Source: Paraspadella gotoi (taxonomy: Eukaryota; Animalia; Chaetognatha). Taken from it: DNA of 64,000 nt. The stretch spans positions 9,990,370 to 10,054,369 of the forward strand of contig CM119268.1 in NCBI GenBank assembly GCA_051294375.1. Direction: 5' to 3'. Both the position numbers and the translations under genes were made by a program. The notes below the pieces were generated by a model. The model saw only the letters and a list, made by a program, of their open reading frames with translations. It was not told the DNA's origin and did not search any database. Of the stretch, positions 12,955 to 25,100 are shown piece by piece. Position 1 is the stretch's first letter. Every line of letters starts with the position of its first letter.

Positions 12955-15900
12955 TCATGCTAGCATGGACATTGGATTTTCCATAGCGTTTCTAAAGGCC
13001 TCGAGAAACATGAAGGCCTTTTCCTCCTCAATAACGCGGGCGTCGTATGAGAGCGTCACCTTCATCATAGTTTCAGGTTCCCCGTCCAATCCTAATCGGT
13101 AAGTCGCAAGAAGTTACATGATAAAATATCTAATTAATAATTAAGTGCACCACAGTACCTGGTCGGATTCGAGAGGTTCCGATGGCTAAAATGGCTGCCT
13201 GAGGAGGATTAATGACGGCCGAGAATTCAGTGACTCCGAACATCCCGAGGTTCGAAATACTGCGACGAAAGTTTATATTTTTTGGTAGGAAGTAGGTAAC
13301 ATTAAAAAGACATCTAATAGTAGTAAGCGTTACCTGAAAGATCCGCCCATAAACTCATGAGGCTGCAGCTTTCCCTCCCTGGCCTTCGCCGCAAGGGCCC
13401 TAACAGTGTTAGCGATGTGTTGAAGACCAGAAGCGGGGACGTTCGTGACGATTGGAGTGATTAGGCCACCCGGAGTTGCGACCGCAATAGAGATGTCAAC
13501 GTCAGGAACCAATGTTGCTTCGCCTAGATATTAGATAACCGAATTACGTTTATCAAAGAACTACTGTACTGAGTATATACTGTCGGCATTGAACTAAGGG
13601 TAACTTAACTATATCTATTTTTATAGGTATGGAATAAGTTACTCTTCACAATATTGAAACAAGAATAATTTCGAATGAACTTCTCTAACGGGGGGCATCT
13701 TATATATTATTATTTTTGTTGACTTATGTGGTATATTTATTCGTTATTGTCTTTTGCTGTTCTAGTTTTCTTATAATTTTTATGATTATTATATATAAGA
13801 GACAATAGTTGGTCAATTACATTATTTATTGTATTATCAACTTGACAATTATTATTATTATACACAAGATACATAATGGTTATTATATTATAAGTGGTAA
13901 GCTAAGAAAAGGGCATAGTGGTCAAACCGACCCTGAAATCCTAGCTGATTAATAGCTAGGCCTTTGACAATAACAATCTTCTATCAAACATGAGCCAGTC
14001 TCCCAGAAGAAAAAAATACTTCCATTTATAAAGCGACAATACTACTATGAAATATTTGAATAATAATTGGAAAACTAAAACATTATTAAAACCTATTAAA
14101 ACTATTGCTAAAACCGTAAAATAAGACTATTATGAAAACTGTATCAAAAGATATGAGAAATGGTCCAAACTACTACAATATGTAAATGAGATTGAAGAAC
14201 TCAATCTCATTTGAAATGAACCACAAATTATTCTGCTACACTTCTCAATGAGCAGTAAGGCGGAAAGGTTGCAAACTGACAGAAGTCCCGTATAAATATT
14301 GTTAATATGTTTATTAAAGATCGTGAAAAAAAATTGAACATTTACAAGGATTTCAAATGGGAGTGAAATGAAAAGATTTGTTATAACTCTTGACTGACTG
14401 AATGTGATTAATATTTGTTCATTTCATTAGTTGGAAAAGTCCCTGACGTTTCTGTTCCTATAGAGCAAATTGAAAATACTTCACTTCATAGCAACTGGTG
14501 CGCTTGCCTTCCAGAAGCTTTTTTGTAACATTTTTCCCCTTATTTTATAATCAAATTTAAAAGTCATTATGAAAAAAATTTAGAAGAAAATTTTAATTTC
14601 TTTTGTATTTTATAGTTAGTTTAATGTCTTGTAGCATGCAAAAAATTTTCATTAATATATTTCAAGGTTTAGTTATAAGAAGGATCTTGCCAGATCATTG
14701 TTTTTTCCAATTTTTTTTCAAAGCTGAAATTTTTATTTCTATAAGTCTTAACTAGAAACTTATAAAATGAAAAGGGCTGTCATTGTGGTTGTGAAAAAGA
14801 TTTTGACATTCTGATTGCTCAGACACGTCCAATGTCAATATTTGTAAGTTGAACCCAAATTTTCAAACATTTCACTTTTTTTAATAAAAATATATCTTAT
14901 AACACGAAGGTTATGGATTGGCTGAACGATTTTGAAAATGAGGCGATGTATATACCGCCACAAAGGTCTTATTCAAATGCAAAAAAATTAGCTTTTTTGA
15001 AATTCGACCATGCCATTGAAGAGCACATAACTAAGAAAGTAAGCAAGCTGGACTACTGACTGAGACGAGAGTTGGAAAGTAAAAAACGTCTGCAATTTTT
15101 TTACTAGGGTTTTAAAATCTGAAGTTGCTTTAACAAATAATTTCCACAGTATTTGATCCTTTCATTTCACTCCCATTTGAAATCCGTGTATCTTATAGTA
15201 AACGCATTGAAGCTATTTTATATTATCCAAATACTATATAATGTCCAAAAATTTTTTGAGTAAATTTTTATTTTTTTATCGGATTCTGATAAAGCTTGAA
15301 AAGTTGGATGTAGGTTGGAGACTGTTTCATATTGTAAAAAATGTATCNNNNNNNNNNNNNNNNNNNNNNNNNTATTTGTTCATTTCATTAGTTGGAAAAG
15401 TCCCTGACGTTTCTGTTCCTATAGAGCAAATTGAAAATACTTCACTTCATAGCAACTGGTGCGCTTGCCTTCCAGAAGCTTTTTTTGTAACATTTTTCCC
15501 CCTTATTTTATAATCAAATTTAAAAGTCATTATGAAAAAAATTTAGAAGAAAATTTTAATTTCTTTTGTATTTATTAGTTAGTTTAATGTCTTGTAGCAT
15601 GCAAAAAATTTTCATTAATATATTTCAAGGTTTAGTTAATAAGAAGGATCTTGCCAGATCATTGTATGTCTTGTAGCATGCAAAAAATTTTCATTAATAT
15701 ATTTCNNNNNNNNNNNNNNNNNNNNNNNNNNNNNNNNNNNNNNNNNNNNNNNNNNNNNNNNNNNNNNNNNNNNNNNNNNNNNNNNNNNNNNNNNNNNNNN
15801 NNNNNNNNNNNNNNNNNNNNNNNNNNNNNNNNNNNNNNNNNNNNNNNNNNNNNNNNNNNNNNNNNNNNNNNNNNNNNNNNNNNNNNNNNNNNNNNNNNNN

Positions 15901-18900
15901 NNNNNNNNNNNNNNNNNNNNNNNNNNNNNNNNNNNNNNNNNNNNNNNNNNNNNNNNNNNNNNNNNNNNNNNNNNNNNNNNNNNNNNNNNNNNNNNNNNNN
16001 NNNNNNNNNNNNNNNNNNNNNNNNNNNNNNNNNNNNNNNNNNNNNNNNNNNNNNNNNNNNNNNNNNNNNNNNNNNNNNNNNNNNNNNNNNNNNNNNNNNN
16101 NNNNNNNNNNNNNNNNNNNNNNNNNNNNNNNNNNNNNNNNNNNNNNNNNNNNNNNNNNNNNNNNNNNNNNNNNNNNNNNNNNNNNNAAGGTTTAGTTAAT
16201 AAGAAGGATCTTGCCAGATCATTGTTTTTTTCCAATTTTTTTTCAAAGCTGAAATTTTTATTTTCTATAAGTCTTAACTAGAAAACTTATAAAATGAAAA
16301 GGGCTGTCATTGTGGTTGTGAAAAAGATTTTTGACATTCTGATTGCTCAGACACGTCCAATGTCAATATTTGTAAGTTGAACCCAAATTTTCAAACATTT
16401 CACTTTTTTTAATAAAAATATATCTTATAACACGAAGGTTATGGGATTGGCTGAACGATTTTGAAAATGAGGCGATGTATATACCGCCACAAAGGTCTTA
16501 TTCAAATGCAAAAAATTAGCTTTTTTGAAATTCGACCATGCCATTGAAGAGCACATAACTAAGAAAGTAAGCAAGCTGGACTACTGACTGAGACGAGAGT
16601 TGGAAAGTAAAAAACGTCTGCAATTTTTTTACTAGGGTTTAAAATCTGAAGTTGCTTTAACAAATAATTTAGCCACAGTATTTGATCCTTTCATTTCACT
16701 CCCATTTGAAATCCGTGTATCTTATAGGTAAACGCATTGAAGCTATTTTATATTATCCAAATACTATATAATGTCCAAAAATTTTTTGAGTAAATTTTTA
16801 TTTTTTTATCGGATTCTGATAAAGCTTGAAAAGTTGGATGTAGGTTGGAGACTGTTTCATATTGTAAAAAATGTTAAATTCTGGCCCGCCTTATTGAGCA
16901 GTCATAAGACACCCGCATTTCATGTCGACGTTACGCCCGCATTTTTCTTCAATAAGAACTCGCCATGCCAATCGCGAGTCAATTTCATTTGCTGGTAAAC
17001 AATTTTTACAGCTTTTTCAACTCAACAAGCGGCTTCGCATCAGACAAAAAATGGATTTTTCAACGGCCGGATCAGACCCTGTTTACGTTGACAAATTGGG
17101 ACAACTAAATAATGAACTGAAAATGGAGAGAAAGAAGTAAATTTCAAATGTTCATATAGTTTAAAAGTTTCGCTTTATTAGCACGTTTTTCGGTTTTTAT
17201 AGAGTGAGCGAATGCGTCGAAGAGTTGCTGAAATTTTGCGCCGAAAACGAAAAAGACGACGGAATGATTCATGGCTTTAACGAACCAAAGGAAAATCCAT
17301 ACAGGTTAAACATGCAATAACACAGACATCAGATATAGGTTTTATAAATAAAATTCTTTTTCTTATTTCAGAAAAGAAGGCTTCTGCATTTTATTGTAAA
17401 GCTCATTCACTCGATGAAAAGAAGATCGAATATGATTTTGTATCAATAAATGTCAATGTAAATGGCTTATCAATCTTTTTTAATAAAATGAAATAAAAAT
17501 ATAAAATACGAGCTTTTATTTTGAATATTCATTGGGCTAAGTGGCTACCTCACTTAGCGTGCGCTTACCTTTTCCCTGGTCCCAGGCGGCGTTGACCTCG
17601 GGCACATTCTTCAGTGCTGAGCCGGCGGCTTTGATGATAAAATCATTGACGCTGACGCTAACGTCTTGCTTTTGCTTGAGGGATCGCCGGAGATCCAGCA
17701 CCGAGTCTACGGCGCAATCGATGACGGCGTAGGCGTGCGGGATGGTCGTTTTGCTTTCCGTCAATCGTTTGGCGATGGTTTTCCTCATGGACGTCAGTTC
17801 GATATCCTCGTACGGAGTCTCTGGTGCTTCGCCCGCCTTTGGACTTTTCTTTGCGGCTTTTGGTGCAGCGGGAGTCGAGGCGGAGTCGGGAACGGAAGGA
17901 AGGGCGACTGGTTGCGGCGCTTGAGGAGAGAGATTGTGTTTATCGATGAACTGTTGCACGTCGGATTTTAGTAACCATCCGTTTCGTCCAGTGCGGGAAA
18001 TTTTCGATTCTTCCAACCTTTTTTAAAAAAACAAATCAATAGCATCTTTTCGTTAAAGTTTCATTAAACATATTTTTAATACCTGTAAACTTCAAGCATC
18101 GCCCTCACGGCCGGCCCAAACTTCTCGATTTCGCCAGAGTACGCCTCCGTTCCTCCCGGAGGAGCCGTGGAAGCGGTGGCCGCCGCTACGGGCGGCGCAG
18201 GTGCCGCTGGAGCGGCTGGAGCGGCTGGAGCTGCCGATGAGACGATCTTAAGGTTCGCGATGTCCGCGGCGTCGTCGACAACGACGGCGATAGGCGAGCC
18301 GATGGGAATGAGTTTGACGTCGGGGCCCACAAGGATTTTGGCCAGCACTCCTTCATCCTCCAACTCGAAACCAACAACGGCTTTATCAGTTTGAATCTCG
18401 CACAACAAATCGCCTACGATTTCGAGAGATACGATTTAAATACAACAGATTTACTTTCTTCACACTGCGACTACTCACCGGCATGAATCTCGTCTCCTTC
18501 TTTTTTCAGCCACTCGACGATCGTTCCTTCGTACATCGTCGGCGACAAGGAGGGCATCTTGATGACAGTCCCCACACCCCCAGTGTCGACCTCGGTAAGA
18601 AGGCCCCCGGCTGCGGCAGGAGCTGCGGCCGGGGCTGCCGCGGGTGCAGCAGCGGGAGCCGCTGCTGGTGCCGCAGGAGCCGAAGAGGATGGAATCTTAA
18701 TGGAAGAAATATCTTCTCCCTCGTCAGCGACGATGGCGATTAGCTCCCCGACTTTGATGTTTTTAGCGTCGCTGAGGTAAAAACGTGAAAATAAGCATGG
18801 GAGCTATTTGATCGATCCAAACCTGTCATTTTAAAGCGTTTTTAATTTCGATTACGATATATAATGCAACCAAAATTACACACACACACCCTGGCACGAG

Positions 18901-19445
18901 AATCTTAGCAAGCACACCCTCCTCCTCCAGTTCGAATCCCATGACGGCCTTGTCAGTCTGAATGTCGCAGAGGACATCCCCGGGTTCGATGGTGTCGCCC
19001 TCTTTTTTGTGCCACTCGACGATGGTGCCTTCCGTCATGGTTGGCGACAGGGACGGCATGCGAATCTCCATGGCACCAAGTGAAGGTGACAAGTGTAGGC
19101 GGCGTGTCGCATGCACCTGCGGTGATAATGGTGTGTTGAAAGAACAAAAAATCAGTAGAGGCACATAGTTTGTAGAAAAAGTCGTTAACGAGCGTTATTT
19201 AGTAGCATTTTTAAATTGTCAGGTATTCTCACCGAAAACCCAATTCTTGCAAAATCACCACCGACGCCATCTTGGAGGGGCGTTTGGCGCCTGCGGTGAG
19301 CGAGGTTTGATCGACGATCGAGACTAGAGACGCAGGCGGCCAACGAAGAAAAGCGAGAATTGTGGCGGAGGTGGAAGGACATGGCGCCGCGATGAAAGGC
19401 CCGGCGGGAAGTAGGAAAAATGGCGGCAGCGACTCCGGACGCCAT
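12955..19445 (-). CDS. PDHX: Pyruvate dehydrogenase complex component X (E3BP)-like with two lipoyl domains
   Basis: Arg/Ser-rich transit peptide, two [10 protein letters not shown]..CxIQTDKA lipoyl domains, Ala/Pro linkers, subunit-binding domain, E2-like core ([37 protein letters not shown]). The C-terminal motif reads [12 protein letters not shown] with no catalytic His, which fits PDHX rather than DLAT. 4-kb intron at 13524-17568. Confidence 0.8.
14345..15188. mobile_element. Non-autonomous TIR element (MITE, Tc1/mariner-like TA target)
   Basis: Left end TA|CAAGGATTTCAAATGGGAGTGAAATGAAAAGAT; right end ATCCTTTCATTTCACTCCCATTTGAAATCCGTG|TA. About 33-bp inverted repeat flanked by TA, no long ORF. 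Confidence 0.75.
15373..16875. repeat. Near-identical second copy of ~14412-15345, interrupted by N gaps
   Basis: Same sequence with only small indels, abutting both N runs; probably an assembly duplication. Confidence 0.7.
17051..17399 (+). CDS. Heterotrimeric G-protein gamma subunit (3 exons), nested antisense in PDHX intron
   Basis: Exons 17051-17136, 17203-17304, 17372-17399 give [71 protein letters not shown]: GGL pattern (ERxKVS, ENPY) and CaaX box CILL. Confidence 0.88.
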
Positions 19446-19722
19446 TCTCCTGCATCGCACGCGCGGGATTCGCGGCGAAGATCCGATCGGAAGAAACAAA
19501 AAAACTTACTGCCGTTATCTCAACATGGTCAAAATTGAGTTTTTTCCAAGAGACATCTAAGAGAATTTATGAATTATAAATTCAACAAAAATAAATTGGA
19601 AACGGGGGATCGGCGGGTTGGGGGGGGGGGGAAACAAACCACTTAGGTGGCCCTCCATCGAAATTGAGTTCATAACAGTAATATCCCAACAGAGAAATGA
19701 GAATTAAGAAGTGCTCGACGGT

Positions 19723-20952
19723 CTATTCAATTGAAAAAGATGACTTGGAAGACATCGTCGTTGGTTCTCTCGTTCGCTCTCGGCGCAAACTGGTCAATTG
19801 TTCGACCACCTCATCGTGCTCTTTCCTTAGCCGCTCGTAATCTTTGGTCAAAGAGTCAAAATTGGATTTTAAGTATTGAAATTCTTCGAAGTCGCAAGCG
19901 GATGGGGACCGCGAGGCCTCGGCCTTAATTGGGGTCAAAGGAGTCACGGTGTCGTTGCTGTTGTAGAAAAGGCCGATTTGACGCAACAAATTCTTGACGG
20001 CGTTTTCGTAGCCCGCAACGGTTAAGACTCCATCCTGGAATGGGAGGGTGGGCGATTTCAATAGGTTTTTTTTTTCGGAAACTTCTCTAAGAACATCGTG
20101 ATCAGTGACCACCTCTTTCTCAGTGAAGAGCTGATCCCACTTTAGCCGCTCGTCCTCCTTGAGACTCGGGTAAACAAAAAGTGAGCGCTCAGAGCAGAAG
20201 ACCGGTGAGGCAAGAGTCATAACGTAGTGGCAGGTCTTGGGTTCGGTAACGGAAACTATGGTGGTGTTGCCGCCGCATTCCACCAGAACGTCAACCTTGG
20301 AAATCGGATCTACTTTATCAACTGACCGTCGAGGGGGCCAACTTAAAAAGAAAATGGCTCACCCCTCTCTGTCCCTTTGAACCGCAGTCGTCCCCGTCCG
20401 TCATCGCCATGGAAACGAAACGGTTGTTCAATACATCAACGTTCCAACCAGCCCATACGCCCAAAACTCCGCGATATGGATTCCATCCGCTAAAGACCAA
20501 AAAGATCCATACGTCACCAGTAATATCGAGACAACCTTGTTTTTTTCATTCCTCGCCTGATGTCAATTTCCGTCTGCGTGGCGTTGTCGAAAGGACACAG
20601 TTCCCATTCATAGTTATCTTTGTTCAAAGAAAAGCATCGCCCTTTCAGGTGCCGCATATGTGAGGGACCGATAAACGACGACGGCTGCCGCTTCAACGCC
20701 AGCTTTTCCAACGCGTGAAAAGCGAAATGGTTCTGGTCAGAATGGAATATTTCGTCTTTTGAAAGATCAGACTTACTTCCTCGAATAAGTTTCTCGAATA
20801 CTAATTCTTACTGGTTGAAAGCCATAATTAGACGGCGATTCAACTATGGCAGCCTTGTACAGCTTGGCGCACTCTATCTCGGCCAACAATAATAAAATCG
20901 AAATGAGAGCTGTCCTTGTTATTCTCGTTACTTCACGAGAAGTAAAATTCAT
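19723..20952 (-). CDS. GNPTG: GlcNAc-1-phosphotransferase gamma subunit (MRH domain)
   Basis: Signal peptide, IVESPSNYG, GPSHMRHLKGRCFSL..YEWELCPFDNATQ, WNPYRGVLGVW, MTDGDDC, VTEPKTCHYVMTLASPVFC, LFVYPSL..WDQ. Confidence 0.88.
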
Positions 20953-21171
20953 GTCTGCGCTGAACAAAAACGAAACAATTAAATACAAAAAAATAGTCTC
21001 AACCTTTTAGCTATCACGTTATGAGCTCTGAAAAAAAAAGAGGTAAAGAAAATTGAAAAAAAAAAATCATCGGAGGAGAGTGATGCCCTAAAAAAAAAAA
21101 AACCAACAAGTGGCAAAAATCTTTTTGCCGCACTGACAGTCAGTTTTCTCTTTTTCGTCTCATTTCTACGA

Positions 21172-21831
21172 TCACTCCAGTTCGTCGTCGTCCTTGATGG
21201 TGGCTTCTGATTTCGACGGAGATTCGCTGCTGCGTCCGCCGAGGCCGCCAGAACCTCCGGCCGCCATGGCCAAGTGCATTAGCAGCGGATTCGGCTAAGA
21301 ACAAATTAAAAACGATTGTCGTAAAATTTAGTCAAAAGAGTTTATCAGCAGAATTCAAAAACAATATTTATATTATCACCTCTTGCAACTTTTGCACGAG
21401 TTTGACGAAAATTGGCGGAGGCAGAGTCTGCTGCAACACTGACATAAGTTGCTGCGGACTTCCGCAAACGGCGACGGCGTTGGCCAAGTGTTCGATGCCT
21501 CCCTCTTCGTCTCCGGTGGAAAGAAGCTCCTCGCCCAATTGCACCTGAAATAATTTTTTATAAAATTAAACTTAAAATAATCTTTAAGGGAATCGCTTTT
21601 CCAATCACATACCTCACTCAAGAAAAATTTTTGCATGGCCTGAGAGTCCCTAGGGTCGGGCATGGCGGTGGGTGCTCTCTTTCCCGCCGCCATCTTGGAT
21701 CTGTTACGTTTCTCACGGAGTTTCTTTTTAAAATCTGGGGCGCTTCGCCGCTTCCTGTCAAAGTAGAGGCAGTAGCCGAGAAAGGCGACGCCGAAGGAAG
21801 CCGCTAACAGACCCATTCGCGACAACACCAT
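21172..21831 (-). CDS. TOMM20: Mitochondrial import receptor TOM20
   Basis: AFLGYCLYFDRKRRSAPDFKKKLREKR, FFLSE|VQLGEELL..GIEHLANAVAVCGSPQQLMSVLQQTLPPPIF, C-terminal DDDELE. Confidence 0.95.
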
Positions 21832-22142
21832 CTTTTCACTCGTAAGAGTCAAGTTCAATTTATATCTTTCGGCTTCTTCCGAAAGTAATTTAAGTTAGTT
21901 CCTCTCCTCCCCCCTAAAATCAATTGAAGAGGTACAAAGTGAATATTGCAAGACGGGCATATGAAAGTGGGTATGTTAACGTTAAGAACCAGATGAGCTT
22001 AGGGGTTTTTACATATGATAAAAAAAACCCTGTAAGAGCAAATAACACCCTAACGACATAATTCGTTACTGAAAGTCCAGCTGGTAAAACAGACTCAAAT
22101 ATATTTTCTAATATATTCAAAAGTATTGTTCGTTAATAAGGC

Positions 22143-25100
22143 TCACGGCCCTTTCTTCTTTTCGGCGGCGAAGACGTCATTATTCTCGAAGCAGCAAGCG
22201 AGTTTTTCCAGCAAATCCCTCATTTCGACCGAGATTTCATCGCCCTCGCATAATCCCACGAGTCTGAGGATGTGGCGTTGAAGATTCTTGGCATGTTTGG
22301 GAAGGCGCCGCAGAACGCGCGAATCTCCGTAAACGAATTTATCCTCGACTTGGATTTCAGGAACGACGGAGTGAGAATCCATAAAATTTAAATACGAAGA
22401 CAAGAGGGAGATTTGAAGATGAAGCATCGTTTCAACGTCGCGGGTTTCGTAGGGTCGTCCGATATAACGAGGGGCCGAGCCGGGAATAGGAGTATCGGCG
22501 GGGTATTGAAGGTTCCGTTGCTCTTTATCAGTGGACGTTTTAGGTCTAGGAATCTCGGTCGGAGGCGGAAACATCTCATCGTACTGAGATTCAGACGGAC
22601 AAAAGTTCTGCGATTGGGATCCTTCAGATATTTGGGAATCGTCTTTGGATTGGCTAAAAGAGGACAAATAAGAGAAGGTCGGCGCCACCGACTGTTTGAG
22701 GTGAGTCTGGAGCAATGTCTTCATGGCCGGAGACGTCTCGGCGAAGCAAAGCAGCGAAGGAAATTCCGAATGTGACCGATTTCCTCGAGATGCCGGTGAG
22801 TCATAATCCAGCAGGATTTTATGGCCGACCGGATGTTCCAGCAGCAGACGTACAACCTCAAGGCGGTTGCAAAGCACGGCATCATGAAGCGGGGTTATTC
22901 CTTCAAGCGATTTGGCGGTGAGATCGGCAAAAGGATTTTTCTCCACAGCTGATCGGCCGTCTCGTAATTCTCCGGGAGCGAGCGGTTTGTGGCGTAAAAG
23001 GGCATCCACAACTTTGACATGGCCAGCGTTGCATGCCTCATGCAACGGAGTCCACAAATTATTGTCCTGGGCGTTGACGAGGAGCTCCGGGGATGTCAGC
23101 AGCAGACGCACCGCTTCCAAATCACCCTTCTTGCAGGCCGTGTGAAGCTTTGTCTCCCCGAACTTGTTCTTGGCGTTGACGCGATTCGGCCGAACTTGAC
23201 GATTCTTAGCGAGCCCATCCTCTTTCGCCATTGATGAGAGGGTGGCTTCAGTCGCTGGGCGTTCTCGTTTTACCTTGGAGTGAGAAGAAGAGAAGCGACG
23301 AGGAACGAGATAAAAGTATCGCGAGACGATATGATATAGCAGAGCTTGTTCCGGAACGAGCTTCAATTGAGGCTGTAGTAAATCCGCGCTGCACTCATTG
23401 TCGAGAAGTTTTCTTGAGACGCAGAAGGCGAACCAAGGGAGATCGGACGACAACTCGTCTACGATTAACTTGAGAAAATCTTTTCGCTCTTCCGTTTCGA
23501 GGATGACGATGCTGGCCATGAAAGCGGCCAAGTTGGACGCGGCCGGACCAACGTGAGTCGAGTGCGTCGGCGTTTGGGACTCGTCAGTTTGCTTCCAATC
23601 CCTGAAGCGAGCGTATTCCGCCATCAACGATGACAATTTCAACATTTTCTTCAAGGCCTCAAAGTTGGACGCATCGACGTCCCCTTCGATAACACTTTGA
23701 AGGCAGGCAACAATCCCCACCCCCAAGAGCCGACCGAAATCTCGCACTTGCGATGTTAAAACCAAAAATGTATCCTCGGTTTGGGAAGAGGGTGTGCACC
23801 AAAACAATCTGGTCACCAGCGGTTGGCGAGAATGCGAAACGGCTGCGTTGTTTAGCTCTTCGAAATACAGAGTCAGATCAACTTCCAACACCTCGATAAC
23901 AAAGGACAAGAATTCCAAATTCTTTTGATGGCTGACATTACAGCGACGAATCTCGTTGACTGGAAGCCCATCGCCCGCCTCATTCCTCTCTAAGAAACAA
24001 CTCACAATAACTCGATTCAAACAGGACCATAAATTCTCTTGATCTTTCGAAATCGGCGACAACGTTGGACTAAAGCCACGAATTATTTCGTCGTACATCT
24101 TTTGTCGCAAATCAACCGTGCTCGTGGGTCCGCAACCTGAAGGAGGATGAAGAGCCAAAAGATGGCGAAGGTATTTTACGCCAAACCTCAGAAAACGCAG
24201 AGAAATCAAGTAAGCGGTCGATGCGGGAGAGACTGCGATTTCCCGCGGATTGGTGGTGTCGACAGCAGCCAAGACGCGTGCCAGTCCGCCAACGAGATCT
24301 GGCGACGGAAATTGCGTCGCCGTGGTGACGAGAAAAAGCGATTCTATGGCATCGACGAGATGTTTAAAATCGACCTCGTCAGCTTTGCGCGCCACTGGGT
24401 CTTCGAAGGAAGGAGAAAAGACGACAGCAACGTTGGGATGAAGGGCTCGCTGGGCGTAGGGCAAGCTGGGGTGGCTAATCATCGGCGGCAAGCTCGATCG
24501 CCACTCCACACGAGATTTCTTGGGCGGCGTCAGGTGCATTTCTTGTTCATCATCGTCTTCCTCTCGAAAGGAACGTTTTCCAATTTTCTGCGTCTCAACA
24601 GGCAGAGGTTGGGGACGACGAATCTTTCGGCGCTTGAAGAAAACCTCGCCGCAATCCGTGTTGTCGCTTGATTGCTCGTCTGGAGTCGCATCCTTCTCTG
24701 CGGAGGTAGCTGAGACGAAATCGTCAACGGTTGGTTCCACTTTGGGCTCCATCACTGTTTCTTCCGCGTTTGCGTGAATTACCTCGGTCTTAATTCTACC
24801 GTAGCCCAATTCTGGGTCGTCGTCAAGATCGGGCAAAACGTCGTCGTCTTCGAAGACGCCGTCAAAGTCGATAATGTTGCGATCGTTGTTTAGAAAGTCA
24901 TTGTTGTCTTTGTCAGCGATATCAATGGGTTTTCGGTCTTTAAAGTTAGAAATATGCCGATTCATGTTTTCCGGTAAGATATTCTCTTCTTTTTTATTAC
25001 TTTCCATGAGGTCGTTAATGTTTCTATCACCCAAACCGAATGCTCGAGCTGAATCACCGACGACTGTTCGCTGCGATGTCGAGGCCCTGGCTCGGTTAAG

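Noticed and set aside
15636-16235. Long ORFs in the ORF track
   Set aside because: They are translations of N runs.
14412-16875. Apparent ~0.9-kb tandem duplication
   Set aside because: The copies differ only by small, mostly homopolymer indels and abut N gaps, so a scaffolding or haplotype artefact is most likely.
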